64,000 nucleotides of DNA from a virus (taxonomy: Duplodnaviria > Caudoviricetes), in the IMG/VR virus record IMGVR_UViG_3300031555_000648, positions 1-64,000 of that record. One strand, given 5' to 3'. Below the pieces are notes generated by a model. It searched no databases, was not told the origin of the DNA, and saw only the letters and a list, made by a program, of their open reading frames with translations. Of this stretch, positions 26,448 to 36,725 are shown one piece after another (the first letter of the stretch is position 1; each line of letters begins with the position of its first letter). The position numbers and the translations under genes are program-made.

Positions 26448-26643
26448 TGCTTTCTTCCTCCATTTCACTTCTAATTGTGAGGTCTCCCTCACGCTCCATC
26501 TGATTGATAATTGCTCTTGTCATAAAGTCTGACTGATTATCATTATTCTTTCTGACATGAACCCCTAATCTATCAAGAAGTAGCTTACTTGTCATGATAG
26601 TCGTTTTCTCCCTTACAGGTGGGTCTATCACTTGTCTCGCCAT
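26440..26643 (-). CDS. Small putative ribbon-helix-helix DNA-binding protein
   Basis: [14 protein letters not shown]...[10 protein letters not shown] pattern. Confidence 0.55.
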   Translation of the reverse strand: MARQVIDPPVREKTTIMTSKLLLDRLGVHVRKNNDNQSDFMTRAIINQMEREGDLTIRSEMEEESNG

Positions 26644-26675
26644 TTCAATCACTCCTTTCAATGACAGTGAAAAGT

Positions 26676-26737
26676 AATAAAGTCATACTTTCACTCAAGT
26701 ATGACTTTATTATATAACACAATATTTAATCCGTCAA
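26676..26737 (-). promoter_or_regulatory. Promoter TTGACG-17-TATAAT followed by a perfect 15-bp inverted repeat (26676-26690 / 26697-26711)
   Basis: AATAAAGTCATACTT-N6-AAGTATGACTTTATT. Confidence 0.8.
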
Positions 26738-26741
26738 ATGA

Positions 26742-27659
26742 TTAGGAATTAGTTGAACCAATACCACCTGTTCTCTTTGCTGTAGCATGGTCATCTTTTG
26801 TGATAAAGAACTCTTTAAACAATCCCTGCATATAACCCTCACCTGCTTTAATGAAGATTTCTTTGTCGGAGTTGTTGGTCATCTTACACTGAATATGACC
26901 CTCGTTGTTTTCATTGTTGTAGTAATCTGCGTCAATGATACCAACAGTATTGTCAAGGGTAAGTCTGTACTTAAATCCTAAAGAACTTCTAGGATATAAC
27001 TCAAGGACAAATCCCTCATCAATCTGGCACTTAATGCCTGTTGCAAGTTTCACTGTCTCATGTGGCTTAATCACAATGTCATGAGGTGCAAGGAAATCAT
27101 AACCTGCACTTCCTGCTGTCTTTCTCACAGGACACTGAATACTGTCATAACAACCATGTAACTCTTTGTCGGTGTCAAGCACCCACTGACTGTATTTTAC
27201 TTTCTCAAACTTTGCTACTGCTTTCATATCTACTGCTTCCTCCACTTCTTGTGCTAACAAATTATTGCCGATTTTAATGTCATAATTCTTATGAACAATA
27301 TGCTGACCAGAGTGAGGACATAACCACGCAATCAACTCACCTGTCTTTCGGTCATAAATCTGGTACTCTAACTTTTCCTCATCAAGCATAGGGTCAATAC
27401 AGCAAAGGACACTAAAGTCTTCTTTAATCCACACAAGTGTCTCATCACTATCTACATATTCACCATTAAGAGTGATATGTGTTTCTACTAAGGCTTTGCC
27501 ACAGCTTGACTTTGCGTTCTTACAGGCAACTAAAATTGCTTCTGGAACACCTGCTTTAAGACAGCACAGGTCTGAATTGGATAACTCAACTTCAATAGGG
27601 TCTCCTTTGTCTGCAAGCACATCAATAAGTACTTTCATTCTGTAAATATTATCTCTCAT
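26742..27659 (-). CDS. dut: Trimeric dUTPase with an in-frame N-terminal unknown domain of about 145 aa
   Basis: SAGYDF, PRSSLG, GIIDADY, GYMQG and RTGGIGST motifs. Confidence 0.92.
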   Translation of the reverse strand: MRDNIYRMKVLIDVLADKGDPIEVELSNSDLCCLKAGVPEAILVACKNAKSSCGKALVETHITLNGEYVDSDETLVWIKEDFSVLCCIDPMLDEEKLEYQIYDRKTGELIAWLCPHSGQHIVHKNYDIKIGNNLLAQEVEEAVDMKAVAKFEKVKYSQWVLDTDKELHGCYDSIQCPVRKTAGSAGYDFLAPHDIVIKPHETVKLATGIKCQIDEGFVLELYPRSSLGFKYRLTLDNTVGIIDADYYNNENNEGHIQCKMTNNSDKEIFIKAGEGYMQGLFKEFFITKDDHATAKRTGGIGSTNS

Positions 27660-27753
27660 TTCTTCCTCCTAAATAGAGACTTAATCTGGTGTTTGATAAT
27701 CCACCAGATTTGTCTCATATATGAATATTCTTGCTTTATCTTCATACACTCAC

Positions 27754-30057
27754 CTACTTTGCGTCTTGGTAAGAGTCACCCATGTCAAAGTCAGCTCTTA
27801 AATACTTCACTTGCTTTCTTGGGTCTTCACCAAATGGGTGCTCCATAAGGTGCTTAATGATAGTGATTGCTTCTTCACAGTTTTCTTCTGGACACTCAAA
27901 CACCAATTCATCATGGACTTGGATAAGCATTTTAGCACCTAACTCTTTCAGACGTTCTTCCTGCTGAACTCTAATCTGTGCATTGATAGTAATATCTCCT
28001 GCTGTACCTTGAATGGCACTGTTTACTGCAAGTCTCTCACAGTAGCTTGAAATCTTACCATCACTTGAGTTAATGTCTGGCAGTCTTCTCTTACGTCCTA
28101 AAATAGTGTACACGAACTTATTTCTGTGTCCGAATTTCTTCTGACTCTGAATGAACTTAGCAACACCACTGTAGGACTCAAAGTACTTGTCAATAAAGGC
28201 TTGTGCTACTTGCACACCATTTCTACAGTGATATGCTTCAAGGTACTCTTTGTCACCAAGGTCAAGTGGTGAATAATGGTCACTTCTCAAGTTCTCATAC
28301 AACAATGTTGCTCCACCACCATACATCAACAAGAAGTTGATTGTTTTAGCCGCTTGACGCAAGTGTGGATATTTCTTCTTACACTCCATAGGAGTACAAT
28401 CAAGATTAAACATATTCACTGCTGTAGAACCATGAGCGTCATCATCATTAGCAAACATTTCAGACAAGTTCTTATCACCACTAAAGTGGGTCAGACACAC
28501 CATTTCAAGGTTGTGGTAGTCAAGTGCAATAATCTTGTTTCTCTTACCTGTCTCTTCATTCATGCTACCAATAAACACACTTCTAATTTGGTACTTATCA
28601 TCTTCTTCTGCCTTAGGTAACTGCTGTAAGTTCGGCTTAGAACAGGAAAGTCTTCCACTGTCTGTACCAATCTGATTAAAGCTAGGGTGAGCTTTTCCAT
28701 CTTCATACAACTGCTCTAAGATACCATCTACAAAGGCTGTCTTTAACTTGGCAAGTTTCGCATACTCAAGCATATACTTACACATTTCAACACCCTGCTG
28801 TTTTCTCTTATTAGCTTTCTTGTATGTCTTCTGGCTCAATCTCCAAATAGCGTCACTGTCTGTACTTGGTGCACCACTCTTTGTTGTAGCTGTAGCACTA
28901 AATCTGAATGAGTGGTCAAGAAGTGTGCTGTTGTTAGCTTTGTAAATTCGACCACGTTCATCTACAGTGTAGCCTTTCTCTTCTAACAGGTCATAGTCAT
29001 CATCATGATATGCATGTTGCAAGTACTTAGGTAACTTTGCTAAATCAATAGCTTTCTGCTCTTTCTGGTAGCCGAATAACAATTCTGCTTTCTGCTGACT
29101 ACTTCCAATATTGAACTCAACACCTGCAAGTTCATAAATTTTGTACTGCAACTCATCAAGGTCTTCTTGCATATCAACACCCATCTGCTTTAACTTCTCA
29201 ACATCTACAGTAACACCCTGCTCTTCCATTTCAAACAACACGAACAGGAACGGAATATACATCTTATAATAAATCTTGTCCATTCCCTCTGAAACAAGTT
29301 CTTTCTCAAATCCGAGACAGTTGCACCATGTGTAAAATGCGTCTGCGATAGCATAAGGAGCACCATCTTCAATCAGCACTAAATCAAAAGTGACTTTAGA
29401 GTTGGCACTGTAGCCAAATGCTTTCTTCACCTCATTAGGTACTGTTTCTGTGGTCTCTTTAAAGTGAGTCTGTGGTATTCCCATCTTCTCTGTGGTATTC
29501 TCTTTCAAACCATTAGGTGTGTTCTCATCACACAACCATGAAGCTAACATACCATCAAACACATCTCTAGTCTTAATATCAATGCCAATACGCTTCAACA
29601 CATGGAAGTCAAACTTCAAGTTCCAACCATATATTCTCACATCTGGTCTTGCAAAGACTCTCTTCAAATACTTCACCACTACATCAATGGTCAACTGATT
29701 ATCAATGTCTTCGTCTCTCACATGACCTGTAGGTATGTAGTAGTTGTTATTCTCACCCCAAGAAAAACTAAGACCCACACACTTAAAGTTCTTATTCTGA
29801 CCAAGGACTTCTAAAGTGTTGGTCTCTGTATCATAAGCAAATGCAGGTATCCTCATCATTTCATCTGTCAACCACTTAAGTTCAGACAATGAGGTGATAA
29901 TCTCATACTCTTTCATCTGTGGCTTCCAAGGGAAATTACCTTTCCACTCACCTGTGTAATTAGGCAAGATTTTTTGTGGACTAAGAGGTACAGGTTTCAC
30001 CACTTTCTTAAGTTTAGGTTTCTTCTGCACACCACTCTGTACTTTCTTTAACTTCAC
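27754..30057 (-). CDS. polA: Family A DNA polymerase with 3'-5' exonuclease domain
   Basis: YDTET, WNLKFD, SGRLS..PNLQQ, DYHNLE, R..AKTINF..MYG, NSAIQG and QVHDE motifs. Confidence 0.96.
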   Translation of the reverse strand: MKLKKVQSGVQKKPKLKKVVKPVPLSPQKILPNYTGEWKGNFPWKPQMKEYEIITSLSELKWLTDEMMRIPAFAYDTETNTLEVLGQNKNFKCVGLSFSWGENNNYYIPTGHVRDEDIDNQLTIDVVVKYLKRVFARPDVRIYGWNLKFDFHVLKRIGIDIKTRDVFDGMLASWLCDENTPNGLKENTTEKMGIPQTHFKETTETVPNEVKKAFGYSANSKVTFDLVLIEDGAPYAIADAFYTWCNCLGFEKELVSEGMDKIYYKMYIPFLFVLFEMEEQGVTVDVEKLKQMGVDMQEDLDELQYKIYELAGVEFNIGSSQQKAELLFGYQKEQKAIDLAKLPKYLQHAYHDDDYDLLEEKGYTVDERGRIYKANNSTLLDHSFRFSATATTKSGAPSTDSDAIWRLSQKTYKKANKRKQQGVEMCKYMLEYAKLAKLKTAFVDGILEQLYEDGKAHPSFNQIGTDSGRLSCSKPNLQQLPKAEEDDKYQIRSVFIGSMNEETGKRNKIIALDYHNLEMVCLTHFSGDKNLSEMFANDDDAHGSTAVNMFNLDCTPMECKKKYPHLRQAAKTINFLLMYGGGATLLYENLRSDHYSPLDLGDKEYLEAYHCRNGVQVAQAFIDKYFESYSGVAKFIQSQKKFGHRNKFVYTILGRKRRLPDINSSDGKISSYCERLAVNSAIQGTAGDITINAQIRVQQEERLKELGAKMLIQVHDELVFECPEENCEEAITIIKHLMEHPFGEDPRKQVKYLRADFDMGDSYQDAK

Positions 30058-30144
30058 TTGTTAATCACTTCCTTTCACATAAAATAAGTAGCTTACAACT
30101 ACAGTATAATTATAAACTATTTATCGTCTGTGGTCAAATCACCA

Positions 30145-30423
30145 CTACTTATTCAGTTCTGCTTCAAGTTCGCTACCAACGCTGATTGCGAGTGTGTTCT
30201 TGTCTTCTGTCTTCCATGCTTTTCCATTCATGTTACCAGAACGACCTTTCTGAACTTTCTGCTTGATAGTGAACTGACCCTTAAAGGAAACTCCACCCTC
30301 TTTGCACTTGTCAGTGATAACTGCTACAGCGTCCTGCATAATGCTCTGTGCTTCTGCTAAAGAACAACCTCTCTTAGCTTTCAATGCTTCTGCACAATCT
30401 TTCATTCCTGCTACTTTGCTCAT
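30145..30423 (-). CDS. HU/IHF-like DNA-binding protein
   Basis: Size and pattern: helical N-half, VSFKGQF, GR.G.M, ELN. Confidence 0.7.
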   Translation of the reverse strand: MSKVAGMKDCAEALKAKRGCSLAEAQSIMQDAVAVITDKCKEGGVSFKGQFTIKQKVQKGRSGNMNGKAWKTEDKNTLAISVGSELEAELNK

Positions 30424-30507
30424 TGGCTTATCCTCCTTATGGAATATTATTTTTACAGTTCTCTACAGTCAAAGCCGAGTTTAATTGACTGCTAGGTACT
30501 GCTTGAC

Positions 30508-31326
30508 CTACTTCTTCAACAAAGTCTTTGCTCTAGGCTTAACACTATTCTGTGCTTTCTTGAACATAGACTTCTTCTTACCACCAGACGCAGACAACTT
30601 CTTCTTAGGTGCAACTTCTTCTTCCTCTTCATCTTCGTCATCATCAGTGATGAGTCTGCTACGACCTGTTGTATCTTCGTCATCATCTTCATCTTCGTCA
30701 TCTTCCGGTTCATAGTCCTTGGTCAACATCATAAGCTGTTCTTCAACAATGCTCATAAGGCTGTCCATTGTACCATCATACAAATCACGCAACTTCTCTG
30801 GAAGTAACTGCTCAATCTCTTTCTTGGTCAACTTCTCTTCTTCACCACGTTCAATAGTGTATGTAGTCTGTGTACCCTTTCCGAGACGAACGATAGTAAC
30901 ATCACGATTAGAAAGACCATACTTGTCAGAAATTCTGTCAAGCTGTGATACAACTTTCATACCCTGCACAAAGAGACGTACTTGGTTCTTACCTTTCTGC
31001 TTCTTACCATTCTGGTCAGTGTACTCATACTCACGTCTGTCAACAACAAGATATGCACCCTTGTATGTAGGTCTATCACCCTCATCACAGAAAGGACAAT
31101 CATCACCTGTACAAGCATACTGCTCAAATCTGTTGTCACCTTTCTTAAGGTTGTGCTCATAGAAATTCACAGGCTCTTCTGTGAGAAATCTTAAATCAGC
31201 TTCGTCTCCATCATCTGATAAGAAAAATCTCCACAACTTCTTACCTGCGTTCTCTCTAGCTTTGTCTTGTCGTGCTTTCTCTTCACGACTGGCTTCATAA
31301 CCTCTTGCGAACATTTTCTTTCCCAT
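30508..31326 (-). CDS. Single-stranded DNA-binding protein (gp32-like) with acidic then basic tail
   Basis: LRFLTEEP..F.EH, C....CPFC, I.R.GKGTQTTY; poly-Asp/Glu tract. Confidence 0.8.
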   Translation of the reverse strand: MGKKMFARGYEASREEKARQDKARENAGKKLWRFFLSDDGDEADLRFLTEEPVNFYEHNLKKGDNRFEQYACTGDDCPFCDEGDRPTYKGAYLVVDRREYEYTDQNGKKQKGKNQVRLFVQGMKVVSQLDRISDKYGLSNRDVTIVRLGKGTQTTYTIERGEEEKLTKKEIEQLLPEKLRDLYDGTMDSLMSIVEEQLMMLTKDYEPEDDEDEDDDEDTTGRSRLITDDDEDEEEEEVAPKKKLSASGGKKKSMFKKAQNSVKPRAKTLLKK

Positions 31327-31392
31327 AATCTCATTACCTCACTTTCTTCATAAATTCATAAATTCTATTTAATTATAGGAATTACAGTACAT

Positions 31393-31421
31393 ATACTATC
31401 ACACATAGAAAAGGTTGTCAA
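31393..31421 (-). promoter_or_regulatory. sigmaA promoter TTGACA-17-TAGTAT
   Basis: Consensus -35 and 17-nt spacer. Confidence 0.75.
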
Positions 31422-32456
31422 CTAAAGCCTTTTCAGCTTACGAATGTTGACACCTCTTGCTGTGCTTAACATTTCTTCAATCTCTTCATCAGACCAATCA
31501 CACACATCTTTACCATGGTTCGGATAATCTACAATCTTAAAGTCAATCTTGTTCTTTAATAACATTTTAGCTTTCTCACGACCCTCAAGACCTCTATCAT
31601 CATTGTCACCAATCCAGATAACACAATCACAGTTTGCACACAACCACTCTGCTTGTCTCTTTGACATATCATTAGTCATGATAGCATAAGTGTTTGTATG
31701 TCCTGCTCGGTGCATACGGATAACATCTAACTGACCCTCAACAATAATAGCAACACCTTTCTTTGGCTTAGACTTATCTAAAGGATATAACACCTTACTA
31801 CGCTCAAACTCATCATAGATTTTGTATCTCTGGTTCTTCTTTCGGTTCTTTGCAATATAACGACCAATCACACCTGCAAGAACACCATCTTCATAAAATA
31901 CAGGGATAGTGATTGTCTCATTATCAAGGTCACGACCTATCATGAACTTTCTCATTTCTTCTTTAGTGAAACCTCGGTCAAAGAAATACCCATAAGTCTC
32001 TTTACCACTCTTAAAAGGTGCTAACTTATATCGTGGCAATTCAACCCTCTTCTCGTCATCTTTCAGATACACATTTCTGGTCTGCTCATATCTCTTAACA
32101 TTCTTACTTCTTCTACCTATCTCATGATATTCTAACTCATATCTTAGTGCCAAGAACTCTCTGGCTTTTCTCTCTGCTCTAAATGCTGATGGATAGTTTA
32201 TCTTACCATCTGCATTGTATTTCAACCCAAACTCTTCTGGATTGGAGTATGCTAAGAGTTTAGCAAAGTTACCTGCAAAGTGACATGAGAAACAGTGACA
32301 TACTTGCTTCTCAATACTAATACCCATAGAGGGGTTACTCTCTCCATGGACAGGACAACACACTAACTTCTCTCCGTCTTTCCAATAATTAGGATTGCTA
32401 GTGTCTATATAATCTAAAAGGTCATCAACCTGTTCTTCTGTCATTCTGATACTCAT
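31422..32456 (-). CDS. dnaG: DNA primase (CHC2 zinc finger + TOPRIM)
   Basis: CPVHGE..PS...CHCFSC, IVEGQLDV and GDNDDRG motifs. Confidence 0.92.
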   Translation of the reverse strand: MSIRMTEEQVDDLLDYIDTSNPNYWKDGEKLVCCPVHGESNPSMGISIEKQVCHCFSCHFAGNFAKLLAYSNPEEFGLKYNADGKINYPSAFRAERKAREFLALRYELEYHEIGRRSKNVKRYEQTRNVYLKDDEKRVELPRYKLAPFKSGKETYGYFFDRGFTKEEMRKFMIGRDLDNETITIPVFYEDGVLAGVIGRYIAKNRKKNQRYKIYDEFERSKVLYPLDKSKPKKGVAIIVEGQLDVIRMHRAGHTNTYAIMTNDMSKRQAEWLCANCDCVIWIGDNDDRGLEGREKAKMLLKNKIDFKIVDYPNHGKDVCDWSDEEIEEMLSTARGVNIRKLKRL

Positions 32457-32457
32457 A

Positions 32458-32895
32458 CTAACACCAATCCTTACAACAATAGTTATCTGGGTCTTTAATG
32501 ACCATGTTGCTGTCAAAAGAGGACTTCTCAATGTTATTCTGGTAACACTTTGCCACGTTCTCTTCTAACTCTGTCTTTAATGTATTCTGTCTAAAGTTAT
32601 CCCAACACTTTCCGAACAGGTCATTGAACTCTCTTATTCTCTTCTCACTTAAATTGTAACCTCTAAGAAGATATTCTAACTCTCTGAACTCTTCAAGTTT
32701 AACACTACCCAAAGTCTCTTCTAAGCATTGGTCTAAATAACCATCTTCTGACACTTTATACACAGACAGGTCTTCTCCTGTGTCTAAGTGGTCTGTATTC
32801 ATACACTTTCCATTCTGGAAGTGGTGACACCATCTACAACACTTCTGCCAACTGTCATCACTAACAGGAACAGGCTGTACTTTTCTTAACTTCAT
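32458..32895 (-). CDS. Hypothetical Cys-containing protein
   Basis: Track ORF 32458-32916; GAGGTG RBS favours start at 32895. Confidence 0.75.
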   Translation of the reverse strand: MKLRKVQPVPVSDDSWQKCCRWCHHFQNGKCMNTDHLDTGEDLSVYKVSEDGYLDQCLEETLGSVKLEEFRELEYLLRGYNLSEKRIREFNDLFGKCWDNFRQNTLKTELEENVAKCYQNNIEKSSFDSNMVIKDPDNYCCKDWC

Positions 32896-32964
32896 TTCAA
32901 CACCTCTTTCGGTCATATTTTATAGTCTTATTATAACACAAAAGAACTAGGGAGTAAAATCTCC

Positions 32965-34302
32965 CTAGTCCACGCTCATAATCTTATCATTGGTATCTTC
33001 TGGCTCTGAATTGTCACTACTGTCATTACCATCACTGCTCTCTGAATAAATGCTCTTAAAGTTCATCTTATCAAAGTTCCAATTTATGATAACTTTACCA
33101 AGGACACCCTCACGCTGTTTAAGAACTTTCACACCCATTTCTTTATCATTTATCATGATTTCGTCTCTGAACAGTGCAAGCACGTTGTCACTATCTTGAC
33201 CAATACTCTGGGTGTACATGATAGACCCTAATTCTGGTCCTGTTTTCTTACTTGTGTTCTTATCTGCTTGTGTATTGATAACAATAGGTAAATGCCAATT
33301 CTTAGCTGTCTTCTTAAGGTCTCTGGTAATATGTGTTACTCTCAACCAATCATCTTTAGCACCCTGCTCATCTTCCATAAGATAAGCACCATCAACAAGT
33401 ACTAAATCTGGCTTCTCTCTTTCAATTACAGACACAACACTTGAGATACCTGTAGCTGTCTCAATGATAAGTGGCTCTAACTTCGGCAAGTCTTCCTCCA
33501 AGAACTCAAAATATGTATTCTCAGTCTCAATATCTAAGTTACCTGCTTTGAAGTTATTGTAACTAAAATCACCATACATCATACCAAACAGCATAGCTTC
33601 AAATCGGTCTTGCATGAGGTCTGTACTCATTTCTGTAATGAAACACACTACTTTATAACCATTCAGCATTGCATAAGCACCAAACAACACTAACAACCAA
33701 GTTTTACCAACACCTGTACCTGCGATTACTGTGGTCAAGGTCTCTTTGATAAATCCTTTAAGGATATAATCAAGGTGAGGAATACCTGTTGATATACCAA
33801 TCATACCTTTGTTCTTCTTACGCTCTAAATAGGCTTGCTTTCGGTCATCAGTATTCTTGGTAATATCCACACTACTGCTCTCAACAATCTCGTCTTCAAT
33901 CTTCCAGACACCTTGCTTCATGAGAGTATATGCTTCTTCTGTCTCACCATTATCAAGTTTCTCGGCAACTTCTTCGGTAATGTCTGCCATTCGATTATGC
34001 TTTGCTTTGGTTCTTAATTCTTTACACCAATATAATAAGGTCTCATCAGTGCCTACAACACTTTCGCCATCAATCTTGTGGCTCTCAAGTTCATAACTAG
34101 GAAACTTCTGCTTAATGACTCTAGGTGTTGGAACTTCACCTGTCTCTTTAAACACTTCCTGTATGTACTGAAAGACTCTTCGATTATCTCCTGTCAAAAA
34201 GAATGGCTGTATCTGTTGGTCTTTAAGCAACTTGAAGTCCTTACTTTCGACTAACTTTGATATAAAGCCACGCTCTACACTGTATTGTTTAACTTTCTTC
34301 AA
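32965..34302 (-). CDS. dnaB: DnaB-like replicative helicase
   Basis: AGTGVGKT Walker A, LVDGAYL, NTQA and QDSD motifs. Confidence 0.92.
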   Translation of the reverse strand: MKKVKQYSVERGFISKLVESKDFKLLKDQQIQPFFLTGDNRRVFQYIQEVFKETGEVPTPRVIKQKFPSYELESHKIDGESVVGTDETLLYWCKELRTKAKHNRMADITEEVAEKLDNGETEEAYTLMKQGVWKIEDEIVESSSVDITKNTDDRKQAYLERKKNKGMIGISTGIPHLDYILKGFIKETLTTVIAGTGVGKTWLLVLFGAYAMLNGYKVVCFITEMSTDLMQDRFEAMLFGMMYGDFSYNNFKAGNLDIETENTYFEFLEEDLPKLEPLIIETATGISSVVSVIEREKPDLVLVDGAYLMEDEQGAKDDWLRVTHITRDLKKTAKNWHLPIVINTQADKNTSKKTGPELGSIMYTQSIGQDSDNVLALFRDEIMINDKEMGVKVLKQREGVLGKVIINWNFDKMNFKSIYSESSDGNDSSDNSEPEDTNDKIMSVD

Positions 34303-34738
34303 AACGCTTTACTCTCCTTTTCAAGATAGTATTAAATTCATCAACGCTCACTGCATACCTGCTGTTCACGCTACTTCTGTCAAGTATATCATCTGAAACA
34401 TAATAGGTCAACTGTCCTGTATTCAACATCATAGTGACCTCGGATATACTCTTAAGTACAGTTCCTACTTGATTAAATGGAAAGTCGGCAAGGAATTTCT
34501 TAGCTTCCTCTGTGTAGTTTTTCTCATCAATAATAAGGACAACAGTGTATTCAGTGTTCCAATAAATGTAACTCATAAGTGATAAGACTTTCTGGTCAAC
34601 CTCTGCTCTGGCAGTCTTACCTCTAATAGCATTGGCAATCTTATCACCTATAGAGTCATCTTTGTATCGCAACAGGTTATTTTCACATCTAACACCTATC
34701 ACGAAACTTCTCTGATTAGATATATCACCATGGAGCAC
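34289..34738 (-). CDS. Hypothetical protein, 149 aa
   Basis: ORF track. Confidence 0.75.
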   Translation of the reverse strand: MLHGDISNQRSFVIGVRCENNLLRYKDDSIGDKIANAIRGKTARAEVDQKVLSLMSYIYWNTEYTVVLIIDEKNYTEEAKKFLADFPFNQVGTVLKSISEVTMMLNTGQLTYYVSDDILDRSSVNSRYAVSVDEFNTILKRRVKRFEES

Positions 34739-34743
34739 TACTC

Positions 34744-35100
34744 TTATACCTCCTTTAAGTAATCAGAATATGTCTTAGGTGGAATAGGTGTCATACTAAA
34801 GTGTCTCTGTGAATAGCCATTCTCTTTCTTAGGTCTTAAGTAAAGAGTTCCATTCTCACACTCAATTAAACACTTCTGCCACTTCTTGCTTCTTCCAGAC
34901 GGAATTTCTGCTAACACAATCTGACCTATTTTGAATGGCTTGATTTTGATTTCAAGCATTTCATTCTGCACCTGCTCTTTTCTCTGCTGTAATGCAAAAA
35001 TCTTCTTGTCAAGGTCAGTCACCTCACTCATCAGTTCTAAGAACTTTTCATCATCTTTTTCCTTTGGACTCACTGCTTTACTTGCTTTCTTCAATGCCAT
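34744..35100 (-). CDS. Hypothetical coiled-coil protein
   Basis: Track ORF 34744-35139; AGGAGG RBS favours start at 35100. Confidence 0.7.
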   Translation of the reverse strand: MALKKASKAVSPKEKDDEKFLELMSEVTDLDKKIFALQQRKEQVQNEMLEIKIKPFKIGQIVLAEIPSGRSKKWQKCLIECENGTLYLRPKKENGYSQRHFSMTPIPPKTYSDYLKEV

Positions 35101-35419
35101 GGTCTCTTCCTCCTTTAAATTTATTATAGTCATCTTCACTCACAAAATAGTGAGAATAATAACCCAACTCTGCATTGCAATTATAGTACTCATAATCACT
35201 TACTGACCTGTCAAACTTATTTATGTTATGCTCACAGGTTTTAACATTGATAGTTAATGGCTTTATCCAAGGACTTGACCCATCTACAGCACTATCATGA
35301 ACTTTACAAGGGAGTAACAAAATGCTACACCCCTGTCTATACATCTTTCTGGCAGTAGGTTTATTGACTCTCTTATAATTCACCTCTAAAAACCTCCTGT
35401 CTCTTATCTTCACTGTCAA
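35078..35419 (-). CDS. Hypothetical protein, 113 aa
   Basis: ORF track. Confidence 0.6.
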   Translation of the reverse strand: MTVKIRDRRFLEVNYKRVNKPTARKMYRQGCSILLLPCKVHDSAVDGSSPWIKPLTINVKTCEHNINKFDRSVSDYEYYNCNAELGYYSHYFVSEDDYNKFKGGRDHGIEESK

Positions 35420-35999
35420 TTACAATAACAGTCATATTCCCATTGATAAGGGAACACACACTTGCCCCATAAATCTCTTTAATGGTGGCAGGTGTTAAAT
35501 TGGTACAGATAATGGTCACAAGTCCATGCTCTTCTCTGTATCTCAAGAGGTCTTCCAGAATAGGCTTTGCAATCTTGCTGTCAATCTCTTTGCCAATCTC
35601 TTCAAGCACAAGGAACTCTACACCTTTATACTTATCTAATAGGTCTTGCTCAATTACATCACGCTCATCTTTATTAGCACCCCAACTTTCGGTATATGCA
35701 CCTATGTATGCACTAAAAGTTACTCTCCTGCATGAGTATCGGTGCTTGTACATTTCTTTAAGAATAATGCAGGAAAGAAAACTCTTACCCACACCATTAC
35801 TCCCAATGAAACAAATACCATTATTCTCATCAATGTTGGTCTCAAGGTCTGCAAGATACTTACTCACAAAATCCTTTATCTGCTTCAAGGACTTCTTACC
35901 AAAGGTGTCAAAGTCGTTTATAGTCTTATTACAAAACTTCTTAGGAACACCCATCATAATTAAACTGTCATTACTTACTTCTTCTCTTAAAGGTCTCAT
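35373..35999 (-). CDS. DnaC/IstB-like AAA+ helicase loader
   Basis: GSNGVGKS Walker A, LVLEEIG Walker B, TIICTN. Confidence 0.9.
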   Translation of the reverse strand: MRPLREEVSNDSLIMMGVPKKFCNKTINDFDTFGKKSLKQIKDFVSKYLADLETNIDENNGICFIGSNGVGKSFLSCIILKEMYKHRYSCRRVTFSAYIGAYTESWGANKDERDVIEQDLLDKYKGVEFLVLEEIGKEIDSKIAKPILEDLLRYREEHGLVTIICTNLTPATIKEIYGASVCSLINGNMTVIVIDSEDKRQEVFRGEL

Positions 36000-36135
36000 T
36001 ACTTTCCTCCGAACTGATTATTTCTTTATAACAAGGACAATTTTCATTAAGTGAACCCACATGGTCACATCTGTCATAGTATATAGGACACATAGGGCAT
36101 ATAAAGTTTACCATTAGGGTAAATATATCTTCCAC
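35971..36135 (-). CDS. Small Cys-rich protein, 54 aa (MEDIFTLMVNFICPMCPIYYDRC...CPC)
   Basis: Translated by hand; GTG start with AGGAGG RBS. Confidence 0.55.
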   Translation of the reverse strand: MEDIFTLMVNFICPMCPIYYDRCDHVGSLNENCPCYKEIISSEESNETFKRRSK

Positions 36136-36686
36136 TATAATGTACCTCCTATTACTACGTCATTTTTTGTCTTAGCAACATCTTTATCCCACTCACGCTG
36201 TTTTACACTCTTCTTTTTCTTAGCTTGTACACTGCGTGGAACATACTTATCATCAACCCACAACTGCATATCTGCATACACTGTGTTGACCCATGAACTT
36301 GCTAAAATGTTAGGACTTAATCTATCCTTATCAAGATAATCTTGGTCACTCTCATACAGGAACTCAATCATACCACAAATTTCTCGGTTGCTGTAACTTG
36401 CTCTAAGTCTCTTCATGATTGCCATGTCTTTCTTAATATTAGCAATCACATATTTCTGACCCTGCTCTTCTGCAATCTCTCTAAAATAGTAAACAAGGTC
36501 TCTTGTACCCAGATTGTCTATGGTGTTTTCAAGGTCATTATATTTTCTCAAAAAAGACTCATAAGGACTACTTGAAGCCTTTTTCTGTCTGGTTGGTGGA
36601 GTAGGAACTTCTTTCGGCTTTTCTTCACTCTGTCCTCTACTCATTCTAAATTCTGATAACAAAGCCTTTGTGTTGTTCGGTATCAA
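36135..36686 (-). CDS. Hypothetical protein, possibly a replication initiator or loader partner
   Basis: ORF track; lies just upstream of the dnaC-like gene; function inferred from position only. Confidence 0.65.
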   Translation of the reverse strand: MIPNNTKALLSEFRMSRGQSEEKPKEVPTPPTRQKKASSSPYESFLRKYNDLENTIDNLGTRDLVYYFREIAEEQGQKYVIANIKKDMAIMKRLRASYSNREICGMIEFLYESDQDYLDKDRLSPNILASSWVNTVYADMQLWVDDKYVPRSVQAKKKKSVKQREWDKDVAKTKNDVVIGGTL

Positions 36687-36725
36687 CTCTGTTACACTCC
36701 TTTCACTCTAAATTTCAACATAGCA

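Noticed and set aside
30600-30720. TCATCTTCG repeats
   Set aside because: They simply encode the acidic SSB tail.
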